Positions 13,331 through 28,436 are shown, counted from the first letter of the whole stretch. The stretch: DNA of 63,492 bases, filler included, from Octopus bimaculoides (GCF_001194135.2; 4 parts of 4 records of this genome joined end to end with filler, not necessarily neighbours in it), one strand, 5' to 3'. Numbers and translations: made by a program. The notes: a model not told the origin generated them from the sequence alone.

Positions 13331-13729
13331 GATACGGAATGTTGTTCAATATGAATTTCCGTTGCCTGTCCGTGGAGATAATGACGAAGTTGGCTTTCCA
13401 TACATTAAGTTGCATGGGTTCTCACTGTCAGAAATTAGAAGCAGCTCACCTGTTTGATATCATTCACGCAGCGTGTTAATGCTGTTAGGTTCTGTTGTCT
13501 GTTTTCTGGGTTAAAATACTGACTTTGTTTTGTTTACGGTTGGAACGGAGTTGCTGTTGATGGGCGGACCACACATACACATGAACGCACACGCGCAGAT
13601 ACTGTCTGTCCGTTTGTCTGTCTCTCTCTCTCTCTGTATGTCTATCTGTCTGTATTTCTCTCCCCTTCTCTCTCACCCACCTACAAATACACACACATAT
13701 ACCTTCAGGCATCTTTGCCAACTTAACTG

Positions 13730-13801
<72 letters not shown>

Positions 13802-13917
13802 CGTACCTAACTACTGACACATCTATCAATGTCTCTCTCTCTCTGTTTTATATATAATATATTCGTACATACACACATCTATCCATGTACCCACATATAT
13901 GTATGTATATGTATATA

Positions 13918-13948
<31 letters not shown>

Positions 13949-15078
13949 NNNNNNNNNNNNNNNNNNNNNNNNNNNNNNNNNNNNNNNNNNNNNNNNNNNN
14001 NNNNNNNNNNNNNNNNNNNNNNNNNNNNNNNNNNNNNNNNNNNNNNNNNNNNNNNNNNNNNNNNNNNNNNNNNNNNNNNNNNNNNNNNNNNNNNNNNNNN
14101 NNNNNNNNNNNNNNNNNNNNNNNNNNNNNNNNNNNNNNNNNNNNNNNNNNNNNNNNNNNNNNNNNNNNNNNNNNNNNNNNNNNNNNNNNNNNNNNNNNNN
14201 NNNNNNNNNNNNNNNNNNNNNNNNNNNNNNNNNNNNNNNNNNNNNNNNNNNNNNNNNNNNNNNNNNNNNNNNNNNNNNNNNNNNNNNNNNNNNNNNNNNN
14301 NNAATATTTATGAAGAACTCATTGATTTTAGTAAGACGTAATGAAATACGTACTGTGTCTCCCTATAAGTTTCCACAGCAACCTGAACTAATGGCACCGG
14401 TGCCTGCCTTCGTGTCAATAGCTATTCACTAAAGACTTTTCATAATTCTTTCCCAGCGCTGTTAAAACCGGGTGCTTAGCAGGGTTGAGTGATATTGCAC
14501 AGAATGCACTGCTTGATACGGCGAGTATGTGCTTAGCTGTGTCTGTTCGCGCGAGCGCGCGGGAGTGTGTTGTGGGTGATATTAAAGGAGTAGGAGTAGG
14601 AGGTGGAGTGTGTGGAGTGGGTGTATTGGGTGTAGGTAGTGAGGCTGATTGGCGGCGGATGCTCAACAAATATGGCTGCATTTCGTGGTTGCTGTTCTTC
14701 ATTGTCTTTTCTTGTGCTGTTTTCTGCTGTTGACGTTGTTGTTGTTGTTTTTCTTGTTGTTTTAGTCGATATTATTTATACGGACATTCGCACACATACA
14801 AACACGAACACACGCATTCATTTCATACCTACATAAAGACATACTTAAAGACACATGCTTATACGCACAGGTTTATTTTCATGGACACTTTGCAAATCAC
14901 CTGCATACATAATAATAGTCATATATATATACACACACACTTCACACAAACATACGTGCACGAATATACCTACACACTTATATGCACTTGCACCTACTCA
15001 GTGGATCACTTTCATGCACATGCATACATACATATAAACATATGCACACATTTAAATCCGAACATATGATGGCATATG

Positions 15079-15125
<47 letters not shown>

Positions 15126-15378
15126 TGCATATATATATATTTACATATATATNNNNNNNNNNNNNNNNNNNNNNNNNNNNNNNNNNNNNNNNNNNNNNNN
15201 NNNNNNNNNNNNNNNNNNNNNNNNNNNNNNNNNNNNNNNNNNNNNNNNNNNNNNNNNNNNNNNNNNNNNNNNNNNNNNNNNNNNNNNNNNNNNNNNNNNN
15301 NNNNNNNNNNNNNNNNNNNNNNNNNNNNNNNNNNNNNNNNNNNNNNNNNNNNNNNNNNNNNNNNNNNNNNNNNNNNNN

Positions 15379-15414
<36 letters not shown>

Positions 15415-16191
15415 CCTGTGTGTATGTGTGTGTAAGTGCATATATATGTGTGTCTGTGCGTATATATTATATATATATATATATATGTATACACACATAT
15501 ATATGTATGTATATATGTATGTATATATGCATGTATATATGTATACATATATATATATGTGTGTGTGTGTGTATAAATATACAAAAGTATATTCATTTCA
15601 TACACATGAACACATATGCTGGCGTATTCACACGCATAGAAAATGTACGGATTTTATTGGACACAAGCACATACTGGTATAAATACATACATAAATAGTT
15701 ACAAGCATAAATACATCTATGCATACATACATAAATAGGTACAAACAAACGCGCACACACGTACATGCATTCTACACTCGTACGCACATACACATATGTA
15801 TGCATACATTTGCATACATAGCCACTAGTACACACGTATAATGGTGTATTCATACGCATATTCATTGTGCGTATTTTCTTGCACACAAATGCACACACAT
15901 AAATAACACCCGTTGCACACATTCACATACGCAGGTGGTTACACACACATTTAGACAGACAGTGACAGAGACAAACATCTACAGCCACATACTCACACAA
16001 ATATACACACACATTCGCCTGCGCGCGCATGCACACGTACAGAGGGTCCACATACAGACACACACAAACTTAAAACTCACACAAGCATAATTTCACACAG
16101 AACAAAACGCGCTCAACAATACACACAGACATATAACCACACATCCACTGCCCTACATACTTCCATACATAAACAGAAGCGTTCATCCATA

Positions 16192-16302
<111 letters not shown>

Positions 16303-16435
16303 ATTAACCAGTCATACAGACGCAAGCAGCTATAGGCCCACGCATGCGCAATCACTAATTTACTGGCACAAAAAAGCATTCACAAAACTACGTACACAGG
16401 CACAGATTTACACACGCGAAATCATACAGTCATAC

Positions 16436-16470
<35 letters not shown>

Positions 16471-16628
16471 TGTATATATATATATATATGTATATATATA
16501 TCCTCAAAGTCATATTAATACACGTACATAGATAAAAAGCCACGTGATACACACAATATACATATCCGCATGAAGACATCACGCACACATAGTTACGTAG
16601 TCAAATAGACATTAAATAAGAACGCAAT

Positions 16629-16664
<36 letters not shown>

Positions 16665-16842
16665 TACACACACAAAACACACACGCGTACACACACACAG
16701 AAACACACGCACACACATATTTTCCCAATCAGGCAGGCATACATGTATGTTCGCACAGATAGAAAATCGCATACGCACCATTTGCCCACATACATACCTA
16801 GGCAATAACGTACACATATATAGCTATAATCACTTATAGACA

Positions 16843-16897
<55 letters not shown>

Positions 16898-16907
16898 NNN
16901 NNNNNNN

Positions 16908-16941
<34 letters not shown>

Positions 16942-17126
16942 CATATATATTTATCCACAGAACCATATAGTCACATACTCATATATATCTAGGCACACAC
17001 ATACATAGATTCACATTCATAGTCTCACATACACACACACACACATACACACACACTCACACACGGACACGCACACACACATGCACACACACAAACGGAT
17101 ACGCTCACCCTTATATCAACATATTA

Positions 17127-17163
<37 letters not shown>

Positions 17164-17755
17164 NNNNNNNNNNNNNNNNNNNNNNNNNNNNNNNNNNNNN
17201 NNNNNNNNNNNNNNNNNNNNNNNNNNNNNNNNNNNNNNNNNNNNNNNNNNNNNNNNNNNNNNNNNNNNNNNNNNNNNNNNNNNNNNNNNNNNNNNNNNNN
17301 NNNNNNNNNNNNNNNNNNNNNNNNNNNNNNNNNNNNNNNNNNNNNNNNNNNNNNNNNNNNNNNNNNNNNNNNNNNNNNNNNNNNNNNNNNNNNNNNNNNN
17401 NNNNNNNNNNNNNNNNNNNNNNNNNNNNNNNNNNNNNNNNNNNNNNNNNNNNNNNNNNNNNNNNNNNNNNNNNNNNNNNNNNNNNNNNNNNNNNNNNNNN
17501 NNNNNNNNNNNNNNNNNNNNNNNNNNNNNNNNNNNNNNNNNNNNNNNNNNNNNNNNNNNNNNNNNNNNNNNNNNNNNNNNNNNNNNNNNNNNNNNNNNNN
17601 NNNNNNNNNNNNNNNNNNNNNNNNNNNNNNNNNNNNNNNNNNNNNNNNNNNNNNNNNNNNNNNNNNNNNNNNNNNNNNNNNNNNNNNNNNNNNNNNNNNN
17701 NNNNNNNNNNNNNNNNNNNNNNNNNNNNNNNNNNNNNNNNNNNNNNNNNNNNNNN

Positions 17756-17855
17756 NTCTATCGATCTCTTTTTGCCGAACCACTAGATTACGGGGAGGTA
17801 AACACACCAGCATCGGTTGTCAAGCGATGGTGGGGGGGGACAAACACACAAACAT

Positions 17856-17908
<53 letters not shown>

Positions 17909-18068
17909 TACGACAGGCTTCTTTAAGTTTCCGTCTACCAAATCCACTCACAAGGCTTTGGTCGGCCTGAGGCTATAGTAGAAGACACTCGCCCAAGGTG
18001 CCACGCAGTGGGACTGAACCCAGAAGCATGTGGTTGGTAAGCAAGCTACTTACCACACAGCCACTCGC
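17756..18068 (-). mobile_element. SINE family A
   Basis: Reverse complement of the head and body of 60017-60625. Confidence 0.85.
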
Positions 18069-18541
18069 AGTTTTGTTCTTTTTCTGTTTGATGTTGTTGT
18101 AATTGCTGTTGTTGTCGCTGACGTGTCTCTCCAACAACTGCTACTGATGTTGATGCTATTGTTGTTGTATTGTAGCCGCCATTAATATTTTACTCGTGCC
18201 GTTGTTGCTATTCTCATGGTTCTTGTTGTTGTTGCGATTGCTATTGCTCTGACCATTAATGTAATGTTGCTGCTCTTACTGTTGCTAATGATACGGTTAT
18301 TGGTTTTACTTTTAATGTTTGCCGATGTTGTAGTTGTTGTTCGTGTATTCTATTGTTATTGTTTTTGTCGTGGTTGTTGTTGCTGCTCATATTTGTGTTT
18401 GTGAATATTTGATGTACCAAGTTATAGACTATTCGACGTAAATATGTCTATTCATCGAAGTTTATGTTTCGGTCTCTCTACATAAACTTCATACGTGTAT
18501 AAATACACACTACACGCACGTACATATATACATATATGCAT

Positions 18542-18582
<41 letters not shown>

Positions 18583-19395
18583 NNNNNNNNNNNNNNNNNN
18601 NNNNNNNNNNNNNNNNNNNNNNNNNNNNNNNNNNNNNNNNNNNNNNNNNNNNNNNNNNNNNNNNNNNNNNNNNNNNNNNNNNNNNNNNNNNNNNNNNNNN
18701 NNNNNNNNNNNNNNNNNNNNNNNNNNNNNNNNNNNNNNNNNNNNNNNNNNNNNNNNNNNNNNNNNNNNNNNNNNNNNNNNNNNNNNNNNNNNNNNNNNNN
18801 NNNNNNNNNNNNNNNNNNNNNNNNNNNNNNNNNNNNNNNNNNNNNNNNNNNNNNNNNNNNNNNNNNNNNNNNNNNNNNNNNNNNNNNNNNNNNNNNNNNN
18901 NNNNNNNNNNNNNNNNNNNNNNNNNNNNNNNNNNNNNNNNNNNNNNNNNNNNNNNNNNNNNNNNNNNNNNNNNNNNNNNNNNNNNNNNNNNNNNNNNNNN
19001 NNNNNNNNNNNNNNNNNNNNNNNNNNNNNNNNNNNNNNNNNNNNNNNNNNNNNNNNNNNNNNNNNNNNNNNNNNNNNNNNNNNNNNNNNNNNNNNNNNNN
19101 NNNNNNNNNNNNNNNNNNNNNNNNNNNNNNNNNNNNNNNNNNNNNNNNNNNNNNNNNNNNNNNNNNNNNNNNNNNNNNNNNNNNNNNNNNNNNNNNNNNN
19201 NNNNNNNNNNNNNNNNNNNNNNNNNNNNNNNNNNNNNNNNNNNNNNNNNNNNNNNNNNNNNNNNNNNNNNNNNNNNNNNNNNNNNNNNNNNNNNNNNNNN
19301 NNNNNNNNNNNNNNNNNNNNNNNNNNNNNNNNNNNNNNNNNNNNNNNNNNNNNNNNNNNNNNNNNNNNNNNNNNNNNNNNNNNNNNNNNNNNNNA

Positions 19396-19429
<34 letters not shown>

Positions 19430-19646
19430 CTCTTTTACTCTTTTACTTGTTTCAGTAATTTGACTGTGGCCATGCTGGAGCACCGCCTTTAGTCGAGCAA
19501 ATCGACCCCAGAACTTATTCTTTGTAAGCCAAGTACTGATTCTATCGGTCTCTTTTGCCGAACCACTAAGAAGAAATCATCACCTTTTGTCAAGTGGTTG
19601 TAGGGTCAAACCCAGACACAAAATGCTCGCACACACATATATATTG

Positions 19647-19650
<4 letters not shown>

Positions 19651-19720
<70 letters not shown>
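19651..19720. repeat. (TAA)n microsatellite
   Basis: Directly visible. Confidence 0.95.
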
Positions 19721-19721
<1 letters not shown>

Positions 19722-20313
19722 GTGTCAAGAAGAAGTGAAAGTATGTACTTCAATGAATTTAAATACAGATAAAGGAAGACTTTTCAAATTTGCTGAGTAT
19801 ATTAAAGGAATGAAAAAAACCAAGCAAAATGAAATATTTACGCCATTACGGCAAATATTCGTCTACCACTTGAGAATGCTTGAGTAATTATGATATAGGT
19901 TCAAGCATTCTCAAGCGTTAGGCGAGAAGTTTTAAATGTAATAACATAAATGTCTTCTTTTATTTTCTTTTATTCCATTTCATTTCCATGGAAAATTTTG
20001 ATGAGTTTCTGTGTCTGCATATAAAGAAACTAAAAACGAATTGATTCATTTCTTCTGACTAACCATATTACTAACAAAATACTTTTCTGTACACTACCAG
20101 ATACATTTTACACCAGTATACACTTGTACGTATATTTACATAAGTATATATTTAAATACGCCTATATACACACATAGAAAATTTGTATATATGGAAATGT
20201 ATATATAAAGATATGAATATACATACACATATGCACACATATACATGTATGTAAATGCACACGTGTACATACAAATAAGACATAGTTTTGAAATACAGAT
20301 ATCTAGGGGTATA

Positions 20314-20344
<31 letters not shown>

Positions 20345-20862
20345 CTATATATATATATATCTATATCTATATANNNNNNNNNNNNNNNNNNNNNNNNNNN
20401 NNNNNNNNNNNNNNNNNNNNNNNNNNNNNNNNNNNNNNNNNNNNNNNNNNNNNNNNNNNNNNNNNNNNNNNNNNNNNNNNNNNNNNNNNNNNNNNNNNNN
20501 NNNNNNNNNNNNNNNNNNNNNNNNNNNNNNNNNNNNNNNNNNNNNNNNNNNNNNNNNNNNNNNNNNNNNNNNNNNNNNNNNNNNNNNNNNNNNNNNNNNN
20601 NNNNNNNNNNNNNNNNNNNNNNNNNNNNNNNNNNNNNNNNNNNNNNNNNNNNNNNNNNNNNNNNNNNNNNNNNNNNNNNNNNNNNNNNNNNNNNNNNNNN
20701 NNNNNNNNNNNNNNNNNNNNNNNNNNNNNNNNNNNNNNNNNNNNNNNNNNNNNNNNNNNNNNNNNNNNNNNNNNNNNNNNNNNNNNNNNNNNNNNNNNNN
20801 NNNNNNNNNNNNNNNNNNNNNNNNNNNNNNNNNNNNNNNNNNNNNNNNNNNNNNNNNNNNNN

Positions 20863-20925
<63 letters not shown>

Positions 20926-21720
20926 ACATACAAGAATAATAACTTGTACAAAGAAAAGAGCGTGATGAAATAGTAAGCGTTCATAGAATTACTGTGCATG
21001 TGTGTGTGTTTGCGTGTGGGTGTGTGTGGCAGGATGAGTTCAATAATAATAACAACAACAACAATAATGATGATGATGATGATGATGACGACGACGATGA
21101 TGATAATGATAATAATGATGATAATCACGACTGTGAAATATTAACAATAATGATAGTAGTAGTAGTAGTACGAAGGGAAAATACAAATAAGAACAGAGGT
21201 GACAAAAATTGACAAACGAGAGTAGTTGAAAACGAGAGACAACGCATAAGATAGATTGAAGCTGTAAGACAGAAGAAGTTATCGGATAAAAGAATCTATC
21301 ACTGATAAAATAATCTATAAAGGTATAAGTAGGATTCAAAGCCATATTTTAGTAGAAGCTAATCTTTCAAACTGATCACGACATCAGAAATGTGTCGGCG
21401 TTCTAGCGGGATTATTGGTAAGGAAACTGATGGATTATTTTCAAATAGTCAACGGTCATCGACAATCAGATCTGGTTAGTACTGATGTAAAGGTCGTAGT
21501 ACTATAATGATGAAGATGATGATGATGATAAGGATGCAGGTGGTGATGGTGGTTGTGGTGGTGGTGATAATAGTTATGAGAGTAATGGTGGTAATAAATA
21601 TAGGATGCTGGTAACGGTGGTGAAACGTGAAGAAAAATGGCGGAAAAGTTATATCCTTGCATCTAAAAGGCACGCGTCCATATAAACGATAGGGTGGAAA
21701 AATGCTTTCATTTATAATAA

Positions 21721-21760
<40 letters not shown>

Positions 21761-21890
21761 ACATACACATATACAAACACACGCATACACACACACAAAC
21801 AAACACACACGCTCACACACACATATACATATATATATGTGTATATATATGTGTCATTCTATCTTTCTCTCTCCCTCTCTCTCTCACTCT

Positions 21891-21932
<42 letters not shown>

Positions 21933-22445
21933 TATCATATAACTTAATATGTAGTTATATACATATAAGAATAACACACACGCTTACATACATACATGTA
22001 AAATTATATGCATACATACACCCACTATATAATATGTTTGTGAGTGTGTGTGAGTGTGTGTGTGTGCGTGCGATTGTGCGTGTGTGTGTGTGTATTTGTG
22101 TAAATATTGTTCACGTTCACCAAGTTAACGATGTAAGTTCGAGATAATGTATCCAGTAGTAAGGAGTCTGTTTGATTTATGTCTCCTTTTATCTGTTAAT
22201 GCCATCTGTTACACATGGGTATAGGCAATTCAAGATAATCATTCACACACACACACACACACAAACGTATGTACATATGTATGTATGTATGTATGTGTAT
22301 GTATGTATGTATGTGTATGTATGTATGTATGTATGTATATGCATACATGGCTATACAGAAAATAGAAAAGCATATACACATAATAATAGACAAATAGGTA
22401 TTTTTACATCTATATCTGTATGTATTTATCTACAGATTGATATAA

Positions 22446-22484
<39 letters not shown>

Positions 22485-24116
22485 NNNNNNNNNNNNNNNN
22501 NNNNNNNNNNNNNNNNNNNNNNNNNNNNNNNNNNNNNNNNNNNNNNNNNNNNNNNNNNNNNNNNNNNNNNNNNNNNNNNNNNNNNNNNNNNNNNNNNNNN
22601 NNNNNNNNNNNNNNNNNNNNNNNNNNNNNNNNNNNNNNNNNNNNNNNNNNNNNNNNNNNNNNNNNNNNNNNNNNNNNNNNNNNNNNNNNNNNNNNNNNNN
22701 NNNNNNNNNNNNNNNNNNNNNNNNNNNNNNNNNNNNNNNNNNNNNNNNNNNNNNNNNNNNNNNNNNNNNNNNNNNNNNNNNNNNNNNNNNNNNNNNNNNN
22801 NNNNNNNNNNNNNNNNNNNNNNNNNNNNNNNNNNNNNNNNNNNNNNNNNNNNNNNNNNNNNNNNNNNNNNNNNNNNNNNNNNNNNNNNNNNNNNNNNNNN
22901 NNNNNNNNNNNNNNNNNNNNNNNNNNNNNNNNNNNNNNNNNNNNNNNNNNNNNNNNNNNNNNNNNNNNNNNNNNNNNNNNNNNNNNNNNNNNNNNNNNNN
23001 NNNNNNNNNNNNNNNNNNNNNNNNNNNNNNNNNNNNNNNNNNNNNNNNNNNNNNNNNNNNNNNNNNATATATATATATATGTACATCTATATATACAGAC
23101 ACGTTTATATATATAAATGCATACATGCAATTACACTCATATGTGCATAAATACTCACTCACACTCACACAAGCATAGACGTAAATGCGGCTGAGCGTGT
23201 GTCTCTACCGTCTTGTTTGTCCATGTGTGTGCATGTCTATGTGCGCATGTTTATATCACTGCTTTACGATCGCATATATTTATATATTTGTGTATTTTTC
23301 AACCCTGTCCCTATTGATCACATGTATGTCTCTAATGCGGAAAGATTATATAGTAAGACCAATGAAAAAGCCTTTCGCACCAAATCCTTCGGGCTGTATA
23401 ATGAAATCACTTAGTTGAATCTTTGTGTGACATCATTGGAGGAACGTTATTGGGTCGCCATCTTAAAAGAGCGACAATAGAATAAAATTGTGAGTATTAT
23501 TTTACACATGAGAGGACAGAAATGGTGGTGCCGATAATTTGTGTGAAGCCTGTGCGAGATTATTCAACCCGATAGAATATGCAGATAATATCCCTCAAAC
23601 TGTCCACTTCTAAAAAATTAGTTGGATATATTGCATAATTTCGTCTCAGAAGCAATACAATCGAATAAGAAACAAGAGATTATCAAGGAAGGAATCGGAA
23701 TTAATCGTGAAATTTCCACACAGAAACAACTCAGCTATGGCTATTATTCAGAAATAATTTTCCATTACAAACTAGGTCTGGAGAAAAGTGCAGGGCCCAC
23801 AGCCTTCACAGCATCTCCCAGATCGACGAGACTATTTTCGTTATTGTTCCTCGTGAACATTCATTTATAAGTCAACACATGTACGAATGGTATGGACAAA
23901 GAAGGAATTGCAGAGAAATGACGGAGTGAGAACGAAGGAAGCTGGGGTCTGGCAATGAAGGACTGGATTAGCCAGAGTCTTCGGAAGTTGGATATAATAA
24001 TTGTCATCGGATTAGGAGAGACGAGAGGGACAGGAATTTTTGAATGGTGGTAGCATGAGCACAGTCAGATGTAAGAAACAAAGGGCGTTCTGGTTGTAGT
24101 AGTAAAAGAAGCGAGA

Positions 24117-24163
<47 letters not shown>

Positions 24164-24239
24164 TAGATAGATAGAGAGAGAGAGAGACAGAAAGACANNN
24201 NNNNNNNNNNNNNNNNNNNNNNNNNNNNNNNNNNNNNNN

Positions 24240-24294
<55 letters not shown>

Positions 24295-25039
24295 GAGCCA
24301 CAGGCCGGAGTGTGTTAGTGATAAATTTGTGCCACAAATCGGGTAACACTTTTCTGTATGTGATCTAGGATAAGTGTGCTTGTTTATGTGTGTCTGTGTC
24401 CGCAGTAGTAGTAGTGGTATTAGTAGTATTAGTAGCAGTAGATAGAGAATAAAGAAAACATACTAAAATAACTATGCTATCCACTACTACTTGGTCTCCC
24501 GGCATTTTTGAAATAGTAGCCAAATAACCCTTTTCTATCTACTGTCTTAAGTGAAGGAAATACCTGACAATGTGGTTTCAAATACACTATGTCTGTTCTA
24601 ATAAAGAAGAAAAAAAGGGAGAGTGTTCAACGCTAGAGTGCTTTTCAGAGCAAACCTACCATTAACCAACATTATAAACAAAAGCAATTACAATACTAGA
24701 TCAACGATTTACTCTTTACACGGTCATTCGACATGCTATACACAGCAGACAATTTTTCTTCAAATCATACTTTACGTTTTGAAAATATAAACTTAGGTAC
24801 ATATAAATATATTCCTAATCACCCGTAAAACGACAGGACGGTTATGTCTGCACTGTCGTTCATCCTATGTTTACAATATCGATAGAGAGCTAGCGATAAA
24901 GAACAAAGACAGCACCAGGATGTATAGCGCACAGCATGATACTAAAAATGAGTATATACGTTATAAATGACTGCATGTCAAAGGTTACAGCTTGGCTGTC
25001 TTTTAAGTGATGCCATATTTCACACATACAGGACCTGAA

Positions 25040-25320
25040 GGTCTAGACTTTCTTGCAGCGTGAGGCCAAGTGTGCATCAATTATACTGAGAGCTATGCCA
25101 GCGGAACGCAAGTACCAGATAGGATCACCCATGCTGGACAGGTCAAGCGATAAATGACACATGAATGTGGACAACCTCCTTTCAGACGAAAAATGGTTTC
25201 CGTATAGCGCCAACACTTCTACATTGAAAAAAAGCAAACTTGCAAACACAAAAGCATCATGGTGATTCAAAATCAACAAGCCTTGGCAGGAGAAGGTCTT
25301 CCCTGAAGGAAACATATTAC
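25040..25320 (-). mobile_element. RTE-like LINE, 5' region fragment
   Basis: LDLSSMGDPIWYLRSAGIALSIIDAH resembles the LDLSGMGDPTSSYATAGIALRII segment of RTE 5' regions. Confidence 0.45.
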
Positions 25321-26626
25321 ACAGCGCAGCAAAATCCGAAAGGAAAGTCGAATTCCCAACGACACTGCCAGGAAAAAAATCCCAAAATTAATCCGCAAAA
25401 GAAGTAGAAAAGAACATGTCCTAAAAGTAGCTGGAGAGAAGATATGGAGGTAGAGCAGAAAAAGTAAGGATCGAATTATAGAGAAAGAGAAGCTCAGAGT
25501 CGAAAACAGTGGAAACAAGTCGTGGATGCACTATGCTCTGTAAGGAGCAAAGGGATTAAAGATGATTATGATGTTTGGGCAAACGTGTCTGAGTGTTCGT
25601 ATGCTGGCGGAAACCTATCATAGCTGTCATGAAGAGGGTATGCGGCTACAGTGTTGGAAGAAAATGGTCAATTGTTGAGTGATTTCGATAATCGCTGAAA
25701 CTACCAATACAAAATGTTAAATAAACAAATAAATAACGGTTTGCAAGTTAGACACTGGGCTAGTGCTTTTGTGGGGAAGGGATCAATCGATTAGATTGAC
25801 CTATATTATACATCCCTAAAGGAATGAAAAGCATGGTTGACCACAATGGAATTTAAACAGAAGAGATGTCGCAAAGTATGTATTCAAACTCTTTAATTAC
25901 TTGTACCATGCAGGTGCTTAGCCTGCTTCGTCCCAGTTAGCCTAAAGCTAAGTAACAATAAAAACACCAACAATGATTTATACATTCCGACGAGTGTATT
26001 CTTAAGTTCCTACATTATGTGGAACCGTATGTATGGATGTATTTATGTATGTATTTATGTATGTATGTATGTATGTCTGTCATTATTCGGTCTATTTCAA
26101 GATTTCTTGGCAATAGAGAAAGAACCGGTTTCTAACCTAGATCCAAGGCTCCTTCATTGGAATTTCAGTATCAACAACAGCGTATTTTTGTATGTATGTA
26201 TGTATGTATGTATGTGCACATATGTATGTATTCTAATGCATATAGTTACATATCTAGACATGTTCATATATATTTAAATGTTAAACTTCTGGAAATTTTT
26301 GCAGATTTCTACAGTTCCAATGATGAATTGGATCTGTAGTCTTCGAATCAGTTTACTTCTTTCTGATTTTGAGAAGCCTAATTTCTCAAGATTGGTATTT
26401 AGGCAGTGTGTTACATATCCCAGGATCCCAGTAATTACAGGTATAAAACTGAACTTGTAATCTGGATAGAGTAACTGCAGTTTCTCAATAGTTCAGCATA
26501 GGTGTTCTCTTTTTCACTGATCTTCAGTTTTATCTTAACAGGTATGTATGTATGTATGTATGTATGCATGTATTTTGGTAGGTAGGTAGGTATGTAGGAA
26601 TATATTAATATTTTTGTGCATTTATA

Positions 26627-26726
26627 NNNNNNNNNNNNNNNNNNNNNNNNNNNNNNNNNNNNNNNNNNNNTTAATTAATTAANNNNNNNNNNNNNNNNNN
26701 NNNNNNNNNNNNNNNNNNNNNNNNNN
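26627..26726. other. Artificial assembly linker (44 N + TTAATTAATTAA + 44 N)
   Basis: Exactly 100 bp with a palindromic six-frame-stop 12-mer in the centre. The same construct recurs at 58117 and 62071. Confidence 0.95.
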
Positions 26727-26749
26727 ATGTATATATATATATATACATG

Positions 26750-26797
<48 letters not shown>

Positions 26798-26805
26798 CAT
26801 GTATA

Positions 26806-26838
<33 letters not shown>

Positions 26839-27424
26839 AGATAGATAGATAGATACATACATACATACATACATACATACATACATACATACATACATAC
26901 ATACATACATACATACATACATACATACATAGATAGGTAGGTAGGTGGAGATCAATCAGACGTTATAATTTCAATGAAAGATATCCAGTTTGATGCAAGA
27001 AATTAGTGTCATGGTAATGTTTCTGTTATTTGTTTTGTTATCCTTTTTCATGTGGAGACATAACGATGTCAATATACGGATGGCTTAAAGGGGCAGAAAA
27101 GATGGAGATACTCGGATTGAAATGATCAGTTTACATGCATTCAAAGTAAGACAGAGCATAAAAAATAAAGAATGAGAAATATTCATTCTGAAAGAAGAAT
27201 GTGAAGCTAACGTACGAAAGGAAAATATTTCTTTATTTAAACATATATTATTATGTAAATTTAGACACAAAGTAAAGATTTTGTTTCTGCCAACTTATTT
27301 TACATCTGTTGGAAGTAAATGTCACCAGATAATGTTGTGAAAGCGAAGGGAGACTGACACATCAAGATATATAGAATAAAAGGCACACACACACACACAC
27401 ACACATGCGCACACAAACACACAG

Positions 27425-27463
<39 letters not shown>

Positions 27464-27486
27464 GAAGCGTACATACATATCCATAT

Positions 27487-27524
<38 letters not shown>

Positions 27525-28365
27525 GCAAACTCACAAACACACAGAAAGACAGATGGGTAGATAAATAGGCAGACCGACAGACAGATAGATAGATAGATAG
27601 ATAGATAAGATAAGATAAGATCTGTATAGCACATATTATGATTACATAGTAAATATAGCATTAAAGAATTTAAATACAAACATATCTATATATCCAAATG
27701 TACACACGCATACATACGCACACAGAGAATTGATTGCAAGGTCTTTAGCAAACTGGTACGAGAAATTAACAGATATATCCTGTCAACGTTACACACGCAG
27801 CACGTCAATGTACTTTAGTCTGTCTGTCTGTCTGTCTGTAAGCCTGTATATCTATCTATCAAACTGTCTATCCGTCTACGATCCGATCTATAAATCTTTC
27901 TGTCAATCTGCCTGTGTGTGTGTGTGTTAGTGTAATGGCAGAAAGAGAGAAAGAAGAGAGACACAGACGTAACCCTTTGGTTCAGGAGTTCGCTTTACAC
28001 CAGGTGGCTTCGATTTTAATTTTAGCGCGTAGTACCTTGCCCAAATGTAACCTGTTATATCCCTGAGTTAACCAATGTCTTGTAAGTGAAATTTCGTAGA
28101 AAAAAAAAAACTTGATTCGTTTGTGTGCACGCGTATATGTTTGAGTGTATGTGTGTGTGTGTGTGTGTGTAATGTAGTGTAGTTTACGTTCCGTTATCGG
28201 TGGTACTAACAAAAATGTATCTCATCCAGCGAATAAGTACTAGGTTTGCAAAGAATAAGTCCTGGAGTATTTGCTTATAAGACGACTCCGAAATTTTTGA
28301 CTAATGCCAGTATAATATAGAATGCTGTGTGTGATATATAAAACAAAGCTATGTAGACCTATAGG

Positions 28366-28436
28366 CCGACTTACAACCAAATTGACTTACGACCAGTCGG
28401 AATCAATCGTAGTGGTAAGTCGACGACGACTTGTAT
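28366..28436 (-). mobile_element. Tigger/pogo-like MITE end fragment
   Basis: Minus strand TA-CAAGTCGTCGTCGACTTACCAC resembles Tigger-type TIRs (CAGGTAGTCCTCGACTTACGAC), with repeated GACTTAC motifs. Confidence 0.4.

Noticed and set aside
18385-18410. Minus-strand HKYE peptide resembling brachyury LHKYEPR
   Set aside because: It lies in a (TTG)-rich simple repeat and the flanks do not match.
23300-24060. Coding-like composition suggesting a decayed retroelement
   Set aside because: All frames I translated are interrupted and I could not recognise a diagnostic motif.
25545-25562. Minus-strand FNPFAP resembling NPFAKAF
   Set aside because: The match breaks immediately and there is no splice context.
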